Positions 39,375-51,212 of a stretch of DNA of 64,000 nucleotides are shown piece by piece. Location: contig OY740795.1 of the NCBI GenBank assembly GCA_963514005.1, forward strand, positions 620,001-684,000. The letters run 5' to 3'. Under the pieces are notes generated by a model. It was given only the letters and a program-made list of their open reading frames with translations, did not search any database and was not told the DNA's origin. Source of the stretch: Raja brachyura (lineage: Eukaryota). Every line of letters starts with the position of its first letter. The stretch's first letter is position 1. The position numbers and the translations under genes were made by a program.

Positions 39375-42300
39375 TGGCCCTTCGAGTCAGCACCGCCATG
39401 CATATTGATCATGGCTGCTCATCCACTATCAGCAACGCGTACCTGCCGCCTCATCCCTCTTCATTCTCCCTGCCCCAAGAGCTGTATCTAGCTCTCTTTT
39501 CATTTCATCCAGTGAATTGGCCTCCACTGCCCTTTGTGACATAATCCCCCAAATTCACAACTCTCTGGGTGAACAAGATTTTTCTCATCTCAATTTTAAA
39601 TGCCCTCCCATTTACTCTCAAACTGTGGCCCCCTGGTTCTGGACTCCCCCAGCATTTGCAAAAAGAAAAATCCTGCATCTAGCTTGACCAGTCTTTTATA
39701 ATTGTTTCTATAACTACAAGACCCCCTCTCATCCTTCTAAATTCCAGTGAATACAAGCCGAATCTTTCTAATATTTCCTCTTATGAGTCCCGCCATACAA
39801 TGGGTTAACCTTGTGAACCTACGCTGCACTCCCTCCATAGCAAGTATGTCCTTCCCCAAACTGGGAGATCAAAACTGCATACGTTACTCCAGATGATGTC
39901 TCACCAAGGTCCTCAAAAACTGCAGAAGGGCCTCTACTCCTATGCGCAAATCATCTCGTTACGAAGGCCAACATGCCATCAACTTTCTTCACTACCTGGT
40001 GTACCTGAATGTTCACTTTCAGTGACTGGTGCACAAGGACACCCAATTCTCGTTGCACATCCTTTTTCCCTAATCTGATACAATTGAGATAATAATCTGC
40101 TTCCAGGTCCTTGCCGTCAAAGTAGATAACCTCACATTTACGAACATTATACCACATCTGCCATGTATCTGCCCACTCACTAAAGCTGTCCAGGTCACCC
40201 TGCAACCACCTAGCAACCAGCCTCTGCCTTCCTAGACCAGAGGATTTTCCTCATCGATGAAAAATCTGAGAGATATTAATGTTTTTTTTTAATCGCCATT
40301 ATCTCTGCTGCCCCTGCTGGAGGGAGGGGGAGGGACTATAAAACCAGGAAGTGGTGTGCCTCACTCAGTCTCTGTAAGATGGAGGAAGCCAGAGGGTCAC
40401 GTTTCTCTGAGCTCTGAATAGCACTGAACACATGTTTACTCAACGGTGAGTGCCTTTGATGTGGTTCTAAAATGCTTCCAAAAAGTGTATCTAATGGTTC
40501 TACAATGCTTGCAAAAGGTATCTCTATTGCTTGTAAAATGCTTGCAGAAAGTATCTATTGGTTCTAAAATGCTTGCATAAAATGTCTATTGGTTCTAAGA
40601 TTCTTGCAAAAAGTGTCTATTGGTTCTAAAATAGTTGCAAAAATTGTGTTGGTTCTAAAATGTTTGCAGAAAATGTCTCTGTCGGTTCTAAAATGCTTGC
40701 AGAAAGTGTCTCTATTGGTTCTAAAATGCTTGCAGAAAGTATCTCTGTTGGTTCTAAAATGCCTGCAGAAAGTGTCTCAATTGGTCCTAAAATGCTTGCA
40801 GAAATGTTGTCTATTGATTCTAAAATGTTTGCAGAAGGTGTCTATTGGTTCTAAAATGCTTCTGAAGGTGACTATTGGTTCTAAAATGCTTGCAGAAGGT
40901 GTCCCTTGCCGATCCTTGCGGCACTCCACTCGCCACTGCCTGCCATTCTGACAGGGACATCCTTCATCAATTTTACTTGTCACATTCTCAAAACATTCCA
41001 GACGATTAGTCAAGCAGGATTTCCCCTTCATAAATCCATGCTGACATGGACCAATCCTTTAAATGCTATCCAAATGCGCAGTTATTGCTTCCTTAATAAT
41101 TGACTTCGGCATCTTCCCCAGCTCCGATATCAGGCTAACTGGTCTATAAATTGCTGTTTTCTCTCTCGCTCCTTCCTTGAAAAGTGGGGTAACATTAGCT
41201 ACCCTCCAATCCACAGGAACTGATCCTGAATCTATAGATCATAGTAAATCATCACCAATACGTCCACGATTTCTAGAGCCACCTCCTTGAGTACCCGGGG
41301 ATGCAGACTTCAGCCCCATCCGTTTACCCAAACATATTTCTCGCCCAATGCAAATTTATTTCAGTTCCTCTGTCTCCCGAGATCCTCTGTACTCTAGTAC
41401 ACCTGGGAGATGTGTGTGTCTTCCTTAGCGAAGACAAAACCAGACGTGCCTGGTCAACTCTTCTGTAATTTCTTTGTTCCCCATAATAATTCCTTGTTCC
41501 CCATCTATCGTTAACGGGTGGCGCCGTGCTCGGCAGCCTCGCCAGCAGTCTGCCCGTCCTTTCATCCTTTTGTAATTTTAGTCTGGCAAGAAAGTATGTT
41601 CCTGGAGGTTTGTTATCCATTTTGTGTGGAGTCGGAGTTCCTGAAACATCGGGCCGCCGTTACGCCGACGGCGGAGGACTCAAAGGCCCCGACTACGGGT
41701 GAACAAAGAAGAAGCTGACTGAAATTTATTGTCTTCCCTCACAATGGCAAACGTTGATTCCGCTGTGTGGGGATGTTCATGATAAATTATACCGTGTATT
41801 GTGCTCTCTTTGATGTCGTATGGCTGTTTGGCAACTCAAATCGCACTGTGCCAATTGGTGCATGTGAAAATAAATGGCACTTGATCTTGAAATTGAACGT
41901 AATTTCAATTGTTTCTGCCTTGAAGGGACCCACATTTGCATTTACTAATATTTTTCTCTTAACATACCTAAATAAGTTTTTACTTCCCATTCTATTCCTG
42001 GCGAGCTTACCTTCGTAGTTCATCGTTTCACCCCGTATTGCCCATTGTGTTACCTTCTGATGTTCCTTGAAAGTTTCCCAATCCTCTAGCTTCCCGCCAC
42101 ATATTTTCTTTTATTTTTATATCGTTCCCAACTTCCTTTGCCATCCACGGTTGCCTCTTACTAGCCCTTATATTTTTTCTTCATCCTTGAAATGAAATTA
42201 TCCTGTATCTTCTGCATTATGCCCAGAAATTCCTGCCATTGCCGTTCCTCCGTCATACCTGCTAGGATCATTTTCCAGTAGACCTTGGCCCGCTCATCTC

Positions 42301-42840
42301 TCATGCCGCATAGTCCGTTTTGTTCAACTGCAACACTGACACTTCTGATTTAACCTTCTACCTCTCAAATTGCAGATTAAAACATCATATTATGGTCACT
42401 CCCTCCTAGCGATTCCTTTAACTTGAGTTCCCATACTAAATCAGGTCCAATAGACAACACTAAATCCAGAGTTGCCTTCTCTCTGGTACTTTCCAAGACA
42501 AGCTGCTTTAAGAATCCATCTCAGACGCACTCTACAAACTCGCTTTCTTGGGTTCCAGAACCAACCTGATTTCCCCAGTCCACCTGCATTTTTAGAACTC
42601 CCTAACAACAGTTGCCTTACATTTGTTTCATGCCAATGTTAACTCCTGCTGCAACATGCACCCTATATCCGGGCCACTGTTTGGCGGCCTGCAGATAATT
42701 TCTATTGTCCTCTCACCTTTACAATTCCTCAATTCGATCCATAGCGACTTTACATCGCCAGTTCCTCTGTCACCCCTCGGAAGGGAATGCATTTCATCCC
42801 TCACCAACAGAGCTACCCCAACTCATCTGCCCATCTGCCT
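39375..42840 (-). mobile_element. Fragmented older CR1 LINE with nested repeats
   Basis: CR1 RT and endonuclease-linker translations (KGKSCLTNRLECFE, YVKRKILVNANVGP). Confidence 0.75.
40460..40900. repeat. ~33-bp minisatellite
   Basis: Tandem degenerate copies of ctattggttctaaaatgcttgcagaaagtgtct. Confidence 0.9.
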
Positions 42841-43840
42841 TGATCACATTGAATGGCGGTGCTGGCTCGAAGGGAAAATGACTTAATCCTACATCTATTT
42901 TCTATGTTTCTGTGTTTCTCCATCCCTGCAAGTGAATGCACTTATTGCAATCTGTGCCTTCCCTTTCACCGGCTGTGGCCTCCCATTGATCTTTCATCGA
43001 TCTTAGAAGCCGCGTTGCAGCAATTCCCAGTACCTTTCGCGTACAAACCCGCATCAAACAAACAAAAAATAAACAAACCTTGCACTGGCCTTCCTATATT
43101 ATTGCGCAGATGCACAGGGGAGTGGCAGCCTCTGCTGACAAAATACCTCCGCCATCCGTTCAGATTAGTTTATTGCCACTTATACCAAGGTACAGAGTAA
43201 ACCGTTTATTGCACACTAACCAGTCAGCGCAGAGACAATACGTGGTAACAATCGAGCCATTCACATAGACATAGAAACATAGAAACATAGAAAATAGGTG
43301 CAGGAGTAGGCCATTCGGCCCTTCGAGCCTGCACCGCCATTCAATGTGATCATGGCTGACAGTGTACAGATACAGATTAGGGAATAATGTTTAGTGCAAG
43401 ACAAAGCCAGCCAATCCGAATAAGGATAGCCGAGGGTCAGCGATGAGGAAGATAGTATTGCAGGACTGCTCTCCAGTTGTGATTGGATGGTTGAGTTGCC
43501 TGATATCCGCTGGGAAGAAACTGTCCCTGAATTTGGAGGTGTGCATTTAAACACTTCTATATCTTCTACCCGATGGTTAAGGTGACCGTGCGTTCACCCT
43601 ATCTACTGACCCCACATCTCCAGTTGGCTAAATGGTTCAGATGTTCGACTGAACCACATCAAATGTTGTACATCTTAGTCCGTGCTACCAAACAAATCAT
43701 CAGATTAATGATCCCCCTCTCAAACTCTTCCTCTCCTCGCACATCGATTGGGATTTTTCAAAAATCTCCAGGTCAACGCGCTCACAGGAACGAACAGGCC
43801 AGCTGAGGTTCCCGTCCAGTTCTCCGGAACAGGCTGCAGG

Positions 43841-43905
43841 AGCTGACGGGGGACCGGGGCTCCAGCCGCTCGTCACGTAAACCATTTATTCCCGGCGAAG
43901 GCGCG
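43841..43905 (+). promoter_or_regulatory. Putative V-gene promoter with CRE-like sites
   Basis: TGACG at ~43843 and CGTCACGTAA at 43871-43880 just upstream of the leader ATG; no Ig octamer seen nearby. Confidence 0.45.
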
Positions 43906-43948
43906 ATGGGAATCCTCCTGTTTTGTGTACTGTTAATCTGCTTGCGCC
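43906..43948 (+). CDS. NAR-TCR V leader exon (MGILLFCVLLICLR)
   Basis: Hydrophobic signal peptide, 43 nt, phase-1 donor C|gtgagt; 155-bp intron to the V exon. Confidence 0.85.
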
Positions 43949-44103
43949 GTGAGTACCTGTTCGCTACTCCCACACAGTGCGGGTTTAACATAAAAACAAC
44001 TCTAGTCCACTCCGACCTGAATTTCAAACACTGTCCGCGATGCATTCTTCTTCCGCGGTTCGCCTAAAATTTCCACTCATCTCTCCCTGTGTTTAATCTA
44101 CAG

Positions 44104-44396
44104 ACTCCTTCAGTCAGTCAGTGACCCAGAGCCCGAATGCGGTGACCAGAAAAGAGTGTGAGTCCGTCACCATCACCTGCCTTTTCCAAGTTCATTTCTG
44201 GGGTCATTACAGACTTCAGGTTGGACATTTCTTCAAGCGTGCACAGCCCGGTGCACAATGGCAGCGGATCACACCAGGTGGACGGTTTGTTGTGTGGATG
44301 AAGAAAGCGAAAAATACCTTTTCGTTGAAAATTTTTGGTTTGAGAGTTGAGGACATGGCCACATATTACTGTCAAGCTGAGTACAAGTGGAGTAAG
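44104..44396 (+). CDS. NAR-TCR variable (IgNAR-like) V segment
   Basis: ctacag| acceptor; HSFSQSVTQSPNAVTRKECESVTITC...RITPGGRFVV...FSLKIFGLRVEDMATYYCQAEYKWSK; short VNAR-like CDR2 region, non-canonical FR1 Cys, open frame, followed by an RSS. Confidence 0.9.
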
Positions 44397-44434
44397 CACA
44401 GTGATGGGCATGCCGTTCCAGCAATACAAAAACC
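44397..44434 (+). promoter_or_regulatory. Recombination signal sequence, 23-class (22-bp spacer)
   Basis: Perfect CACAGTG (44397-44403) + 22 nt + perfect ACAAAAACC (44426-44434). Confidence 0.95.
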
Positions 44435-44711
44435 CTGACTGCAGATTCTAGTAGCAACGTGAAGGCCTTGTCCCACCTGCCCTGCATTCTGTGTTGCACC
44501 GGATGAAATGCGTGCGATTCAAACAATGGGGTTTCTCTATTTGGCGAGTGCGGCTGGAAAATGTCCTCTTTACCGAAAATGGTGTAAAGGAACTGCCTTA
44601 CCACTCTTCTAATGCACAACTCCAGACGGGATACAGTCACTGAAGCTGCAAACTCAAAAATGCAGTCGCTGAACGTCAATCTTCTGCCCGCCCGTCTCGC
44701 CGGGCGCCTGT

Positions 44712-44739
44712 GGATTTGGAAGTGACGTGAAACAACGTG
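44712..44739 (-). promoter_or_regulatory. 12-RSS of the NAR-TCR J segment
   Basis: On the - strand: CACGTTG (5/7) + 12 nt + TCCAAATCC (6/9), directly abutting J. Confidence 0.7.
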
Positions 44740-44807
44740 TGGCAATGGGAAGTCATGGGACACGTACTATCAGGATGGGACGGGGACGATGGTGACTGTC
44801 ACAGCCG
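44740..44807 (+). CDS. NAR-TCR J segment (GNGKSWDTYYQDGTGTMVTVTA)
   Basis: NAR-type xGxGT-V-TV motif; phase-1 donor G|gtaagt at 44808, in frame with the V exon at 50907. Confidence 0.88.
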
Positions 44808-46229
44808 GTAAGTACACTAAACCTCTCTTATCCACGTCTGTTCTTGGAAATATTGACTTTCGTTTATTACAATTGAAACAGATCTCGAACCGAAAAGGTT
44901 GCCTATTTCCTTCGCTCCATAGATGCTGCTTCACCCGCTGAGGTTTGACTGAATTTGATCAAATCGGTGCCTAAAAAACATCTACATTGCATCGCGGTTT
45001 TTTTATATTCTAGTCATCTCGAAATAAATGCTAACATTGAAATAGTCTCCCTCACCGCCGATTCACTCTGCAAATTCACATTTTAGAATTCCCGCACCAG
45101 AATTCCCAAGTCCCTTAGCACATCCATTTCTGAATCCTCACTCCATTTAGAATATAGTCGACGCCATTATTCCATCCGCCAAAGTGCATGGCCGTATAGT
45201 GTGCCATGGCGTATTCCATCTGCTACTTATTTGTCCCCTCTCACAACCTGTTGAAATAACTCTGCAGACTCCATGTTTACTCAACACTACCTGCTCCTTC
45301 ACGTATCTTTGACATAGTCCGCGATATCAGCCGCAAAACCATGAATCACATCATCCAGATCTTAACCCTACAACGAGAACAGTAATGGACCCAATATTGA
45401 CCCGTTAGTCAAAGGCAGCAAGCGGAAAAATCACCTTTATTCCAACACTTTGCCCTGCAACGGACAGCCTATCCTCTATTCACGCTGATACCTTATCTCT
45501 AATACCAATACTCCTATCTTAATTGGCCGCTTCGCTTCCTGCACCGTATAATATGCATCAGAAAATTAAAATAAGCAGCATTTCTGAGTTCCTGCTTGTT
45601 ACGTTCACAAATAATTTCAACAGATTTGTAAGGCAAGATCGCCCCCCCCCTTCGCAAGACCCCTCTGACTTCGCCGATTTTATCACGTGCTTCAAGGTAT
45701 CTGGAACCTGATTTTTACTAATGGTCTCTAAAATCATACCAACTATTGAAGTCATGCTAACCGTCTTATCAATACAACAGGCTTATAAATTTAGCCGCGA
45801 GAATTGATGGGATTGATCACGCCCGCTGCGTGAGAAAGCCTGGGAAACAATATATTTCATATTTCCAGGAAACAGAGGAGGTTGGCAGGAGAGTAGATGG
45901 GGTGTGAGTGAAGCTAGACGCTCTGTAAACATTCCACAAATTGAAAACAAACGACAGCTGACAGACCTGTTGCAACGGTTCTCTGGAGGGGAAAGTATGA
46001 ACCGCAAGCTGCAAAAAGCGGGTGACCTAGATTGAAAACTAAAACCTTCAAGCCAAAGTTACACATTCCGTGTTGTTAAACACATAAGGCGGCAGATGCC
46101 AATCAGAGGGAACAAAATAACGCACCGATAGATATATTTTTGATGAGTCGAGGCGTCAGAGGTTATGATGCTTGCGAAGCAAAAACTGCTGTTGAGCCAA
46201 AACCAAAGAGGCCGACGTCATGGTTGGAG

Positions 46230-49200
46230 ACACCATTGGAGAGGTACGGACAGGGGGTTTCTACGGCAACAGAAGGGATTGGAGAACGGCGTGCTACCTT
46301 GTTGTGACAGGGTCTCCGATGTCACGGACAGAGTGCAGATTATCCTCAAGGGCGAAGGTGAACAGCCGGAAGTGGTAGTGCATGTCGGCAGAAACGATGT
46401 CGGGATGAAGGGGATGAATATTCTGCAGCGTGACTTCAGAGAGCTCGGAAAAATGCTGAAAAGCAGGAACTCCAGGGTGGTTATCTCCGGTTTGCTTCCA
46501 GTTCCTCGTTCAAGCGGGAGCAGGAACAGGACCTGAATGTGTGACTGAGGCATGAGGCAGGGATTTAGATTATTAGACCACTGTGGTGATGGCGAAATTC
46601 AATATGCGGGTAGAGTGGGAAAATCAGGTTGGTTCAGCACCCCAAAGAGAGAGTTTGTAGAGTGCCTCCGAGATGGATTCTTAGAGCAGCATGTTATGGT
46701 GCCGACCAGAGAAAAATGCATTTCTGGATTTAGTGTAGTCCAATGAACCAGATATCATAAGAGGACCCAATGTAAAGGAACAGCTTGGAGGTAGAGATCA
46801 TAATATGATTAGTTTTAATCTTCAATTTGAGAAATCGGAAGCGGCAGTGGTGCAGGTGAACAAAGGGGACTATGAAGGCATGAGAGGGGAGCTGGCCAAA
46901 GTAGACTGGAAAGCAATCCGAGCAGGAATGATGGTGGGAGAGCAATGGCAAGAATTTCTGGGCACAATCCGGAACACGCAGGATCATAGAAACATAGAAA
47001 TTAGGTGCAGGAGTAGGCCATTCGGCCCTTCGAGTCTGCACCGCTATTCGATATGATCATGGCTGATCATCCAACTCAGTATCCCGTACCTGCCTTCTCT
47101 CCATACCCTCTGACCCCCTTAGCCACAAGGGCCGCATCTAACTCCCTCGTAAATATAGCCAATGAACTGGCCTCAACTACCCTCTGTGGCAGAGAGTTCC
47201 AGAGATCCACCACTCTCTGTGTGAAAAACGTCCTTCTCATATCGGTCCTAAAGGATTTCCCCCTTATCCTTAAGCTGTGACCCCTTGTCCTGGACCTCCC
47301 CAACATCGGGAACAATCTTCCTGCATCTAGCCTGTCCAACCCCTTAAGAATTTTGTAAGTTTCTATAAGATCGCCTCTCAATCTCCTAAATTCTAGAGAG
47401 TATAAACCGAGTCTATGCAGTCTTTGTTCATAAGACAGTCCTGACAACCTAGGTATCAGTCTGGTGAACCTCCTGTGCACTCCCTCTATGGCAATAATGT
47501 CCTTCCTCAGATTTGGAGACCAGAACTGTGCGCAATACTTCAGGTGTGGTCTCACCAAGACCCTATACAACGGAAGTAGAACTTCCCTGCTCCTATTTAT
47601 TTCATTCCAAAAAGGAAGAAAGATTCTAAGGGGAGTAGGAGGCAACCGTAGCTGACTAGATAAGTTAGGGATAGAATAAAACTAAAGGAAAAGATGTAGA
47701 ACACAGTAAAGAGTAGCCGGAAGCCAGAGGATTGGGAAACTTTCAAAGGATAACAGAAGGAAACAAAACGGGCAATACGGGCTGAAAAGATGGTGTACGA
47801 GGGGAAGCTGACCAGGAATATAAAGGAGGACAGTAAAATCCTATTTGGATATGTTAAGGGAAAAGAGTAGCAAAGTCAAATGATGGGGAAAAAGGAAATG
47901 GCAGAATAGTTGAATAGGTACTTCGGATCTGTCTTCACTAAGGAAAAAGCAAACAATCTGCCAGATGGACTGGAGGACAGAGGATCTAAGGGGGTAGAGG
48001 AACCGAAATACATTTTCATTGGGCGAGAAATAGTTTTGGGTAGGCTAATAGGACTGAAGGATGATAAATCCCCTGGGCCTGATGGTCTGCATGCCAGGGT
48101 CCTCAGGGAGTTGGCTCTAGAAATAGTGGAAGCATTGATGATCATTTTCCAATGTTCAATAGATTCAGGCTCAGTTCCTGTGGATTAGAGGATAGCTAAT
48201 GTTATCCCACTTTTCAAAAAAGGAGCGAGAGAGAAAACGGGGAAATACAGACCATATGGTGGGAAAGATGCTGAAGTCAATTATTAAATAGGTAATCATG
48301 GGGCATTTGGATAGCGGTAAACGGATAAGTCCAAGTCAACATGGAGTTCTGAAAGGGAAATCATTCTTGACTAATCTTTTGGAATTTTATGAGGATTTGA
48401 CAAGTGAAATGGATGAAGGGGTGCCAGTGGATGTGGTGTATGTAGACTTTCAGAAAGCGTTTGATAAGTTCCCGCACGGGAGACTGGTGACCAAAATTAG
48501 AGCACATGGCATTGGGGGTAGGGTGTTGACATGGATATAAAATTGGTTAGCAGAGAGGAAGCAAAGTGTAGGAGTGAACGGATCCTTTTCTGAATGGCAG
48601 GCAGCGGCGAGTTGAGTGCCGCAAGGCCCGGTGTTGGGGCGGCAACTGTTTCCCACATATATTAATGATTTGGGTGACTGAATTAGGAGCAGCACTAGCA
48701 AGCTTGCGGATGACACAAAGCTGGGTGAAGTGTGAACTGTGAATAGGATGTTAGGAGGTTGCAGGGTAACCTGGACAGGTTGAGTCAGTGAGCAGATGCG
48801 TGGCAGATGCAGTATTATATAGATAAATGTGAGCTTATCCACTTCCCCCAAAAAAGGGGGAAGATTATTATCTCAATGGGGTTAGGCTAGGTAAAGTGGA
48901 GATGCAGCGAGACCTGGGCGTCCTTGGACACCGGCCACTGAAAGATGACTTACAGGTACAGCAGGCAGTGAAGAAAGCTAATGGAATGCTGGCCTTCATA
49001 ACAAGAGGCTTTCAGGATAGGAGTAAAGGGGTTCTTCTGCAGTTGTATAGGGGTCTGGTGAGACCACTTGTGGAGTATTGTGTACAGTTTTGGTCTCCTA
49101 ATTTGAGGAAGGGCATCCTTATGAATGAGGCAGTGCATCGTAGGTTCACGAGATTGATCCATGGGGTGGTGGGACTGTCATATGAGGAAAGATTGAAAAG

Positions 49201-50100
49201 ACTTGGCTTGTAGACGCTGGAGTTTAGAAGGGTGATGTTAGGCCTCGCGTTTGATCTAGTTTCTGTTTCTTATTGGCTTTTTAGTATATGAGTTTGCATT
49301 CTTGTTTTATTTTGGTGTCTCACATCTCCTCTTGTTTCAGGTCCCATTCCCTGTCATGTCGTTTTCCCTCATGTGATTGCTGGCCGCGCCCTGATGTGTT
49401 TCACCTGTGTCTCGTTATCCACCGTTGGTCTGTATTTAAGCCCTTTGTGTTTTAGTTCTCTTTGCCAGTTCGTTGTGTATGCGACTGAGTATCACCTCGT
49501 ACCAGCTCTAGAAATATTGTGACTTTTTGATCTCGACCGTTGCCTGTTTTTCGACCACTGTTTTTGCCTGCTCCTAGATTATACTGTTGCCTCTGTTTTT
49601 GCTTATCTGTGTACCGACTTGGACCGATTAAACTCTGAAAACGGATCTGCCCTGTGTCTCAGCCTGCATTTGTGTCCTCCTCCTCTTTCAGTTCTGACAG
49701 GTGAGGGGGGACCTTATAGAAACATATCAAATTATAAAAGGAATGGACTAGCTAGATGCAGGAAAAATGTTTCTAATTTGGGGCGAGCCCAGAACCATTG
49801 CCCACAGTTTTAGAATAAGCGGGAGGACATTAAAACTGAGGTGAGAAAAACATTTTCTCTCAGAGAGTTGTGAATTTGTGGAATTCCCTGCCATAGCGGG
49901 CATTGGAGGCCACGTCACTGGATAAATTTAAGAGTGAGTTAGATGGAGCTCTAGGGGCTAGTTATATCAAGGGTTATGGGGAGAAGGCAGGCACGGGTTA
50001 TTCATAGGGGACGATCAGCCATGATCACAATGAATGGCGGTACGGGCTCGGAGGGCCGAGTGGTCTCCTCCAACACCCTTTTTCTATGTCTATGTCTATG
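46230..50100 (+). mobile_element. Long CR1 LINE with an ORF1 esterase remnant and ORF2, containing an inverted CR1 (46985-47595) and a solo LTR
   Basis: GEGEQPEVVVHVGRNDVG (SGNH esterase block); ORF2 KSPGPDGLH, QHGVLKGKS, DFQKAFD; CR1 tail ~50080-50100. Confidence 0.85.
49236..49699 (+). mobile_element. Solo LTR of the chromovirus Gypsy family at 12898-18444
   Basis: TG...CA, 464 bp, 5-bp TSD GGTGA on both sides; matches the reverse complement of 17982-18444. Confidence 0.92.
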
Positions 50101-50906
50101 TCTGTGAGGAGAAGGCAAGAGCATGGGCTTCGGAGGGTGAGATAGTTCAGCCTTCATTGAATGGCGCAGTAGGCTTGGTGGATCGAATGGCTTTATTATA
50201 CACCTAAGACATGACCTGATGACCTTTTGTCTTAAATGCCAAAATATCACTGTTGAATCTTGACTATATCCAGGAAGGGATAGACTTCAGTAAAACTGTG
50301 GGGACTACTTCTGTTGTTTTGACGCTAAGAACCAATTGCAAAATGTTGGAGAACCGAGTAAGGTAATTTTGATAATTCACCGGATACCGACTCTCTGAAT
50401 CTGCTCCAATACTGTTGTGTGTTCGTTTTGACTGTTCCGCGCTGTGTCCCTAAAATAAACTAAACTGAACTGAACTAAACTGAACTAATGTAAACTGAAT
50501 TAATCCAAATTAAGTAAACTTAACTAAACTAAATTAAAACACTACTCGTCACATGAACACTTACAAGGTTCATAAAAGGTAGGCAAAAATGCAGGATAAT
50601 CTCAGCGGGTGAGGCAGCATTTATGGAGCGAAATAATATGTGACGTTTCGGGTCGAGACGCTACTGAACGTCACCTATACCTTCGCTCCATAGATGCTGC
50701 CTCACCCGCTGAGTTTCTCCAGCATTTTCGTCCACCTTCGATTTTTCCAACATCTGCAGTTCTTTCTTCAACAAGGTTGACAAATACCGTTGTCATACAT
50801 TTTGCACAAATGTGAACTACCGGAAACGGTAACCAGTTTATGTGCGTATCAGCGTCTTCAACAGTCAATGTTAAAATAATAACAATTCATCTGTTATTTT
50901 CTACAG

Positions 50907-51212
50907 ATTCCATTTCCGCGGGTTCCCAGAGTCCGACTCAACAATCCTCTCTTTCTGGTGACACTGTCAATCTTAACTGCGTGTATTCCGGAATCTGCTC
51001 TTACACAGTACACTGGTATCGACAGTTCCCAGGGCAGGCTCTGGAATTCCTGCTCCAAAGACACACTTCAGGAAAACAAGATAAGGAAGAGGCTGCCGAA
51101 GGCCGTATTACTGGTTCTCTCGATCCTGGCCAGAAAATCAGTCAGTTAACGCTATCTGAACTACTGCCGAGCGACGAGGCTGTGTATTACTGTGGGATGA
51201 GTCCGCGCATCA
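50907..51212 (+). CDS. Leaderless supporting TCR-delta V segment of NAR-TCR
   Basis: Acceptor ttttctacag|AT; DSISAGSQSPTQQSSLSGDTVNLNCVYSGICSYTVHWYRQFPG...SELLPSDEAVYYCGMSPRI; canonical C/W/C plus an extra CDR1 Cys; no leader exon found upstream. Confidence 0.9.

Noticed and set aside
40589-40951. Repetitive ORF (VLKCLQKVSLL)n
   Set aside because: Translation of the 33-bp minisatellite; the units abut directly with no unique spacers, so it is not CRISPR-like either
44487-44665. Candidate D segments (ttctgtg...caccgga; ggtttctct nonamer; cacaact/cactgaa heptamers)
   Set aside because: None has a heptamer and nonamer at 12 or 22-23 bp spacing
50840-50906. In-frame ATG upstream of the supporting V as an unspliced leader
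   Set aside because: MCVSASSTVNVKIITIHLLFST is a poor signal peptide and overlaps a clear splice acceptor
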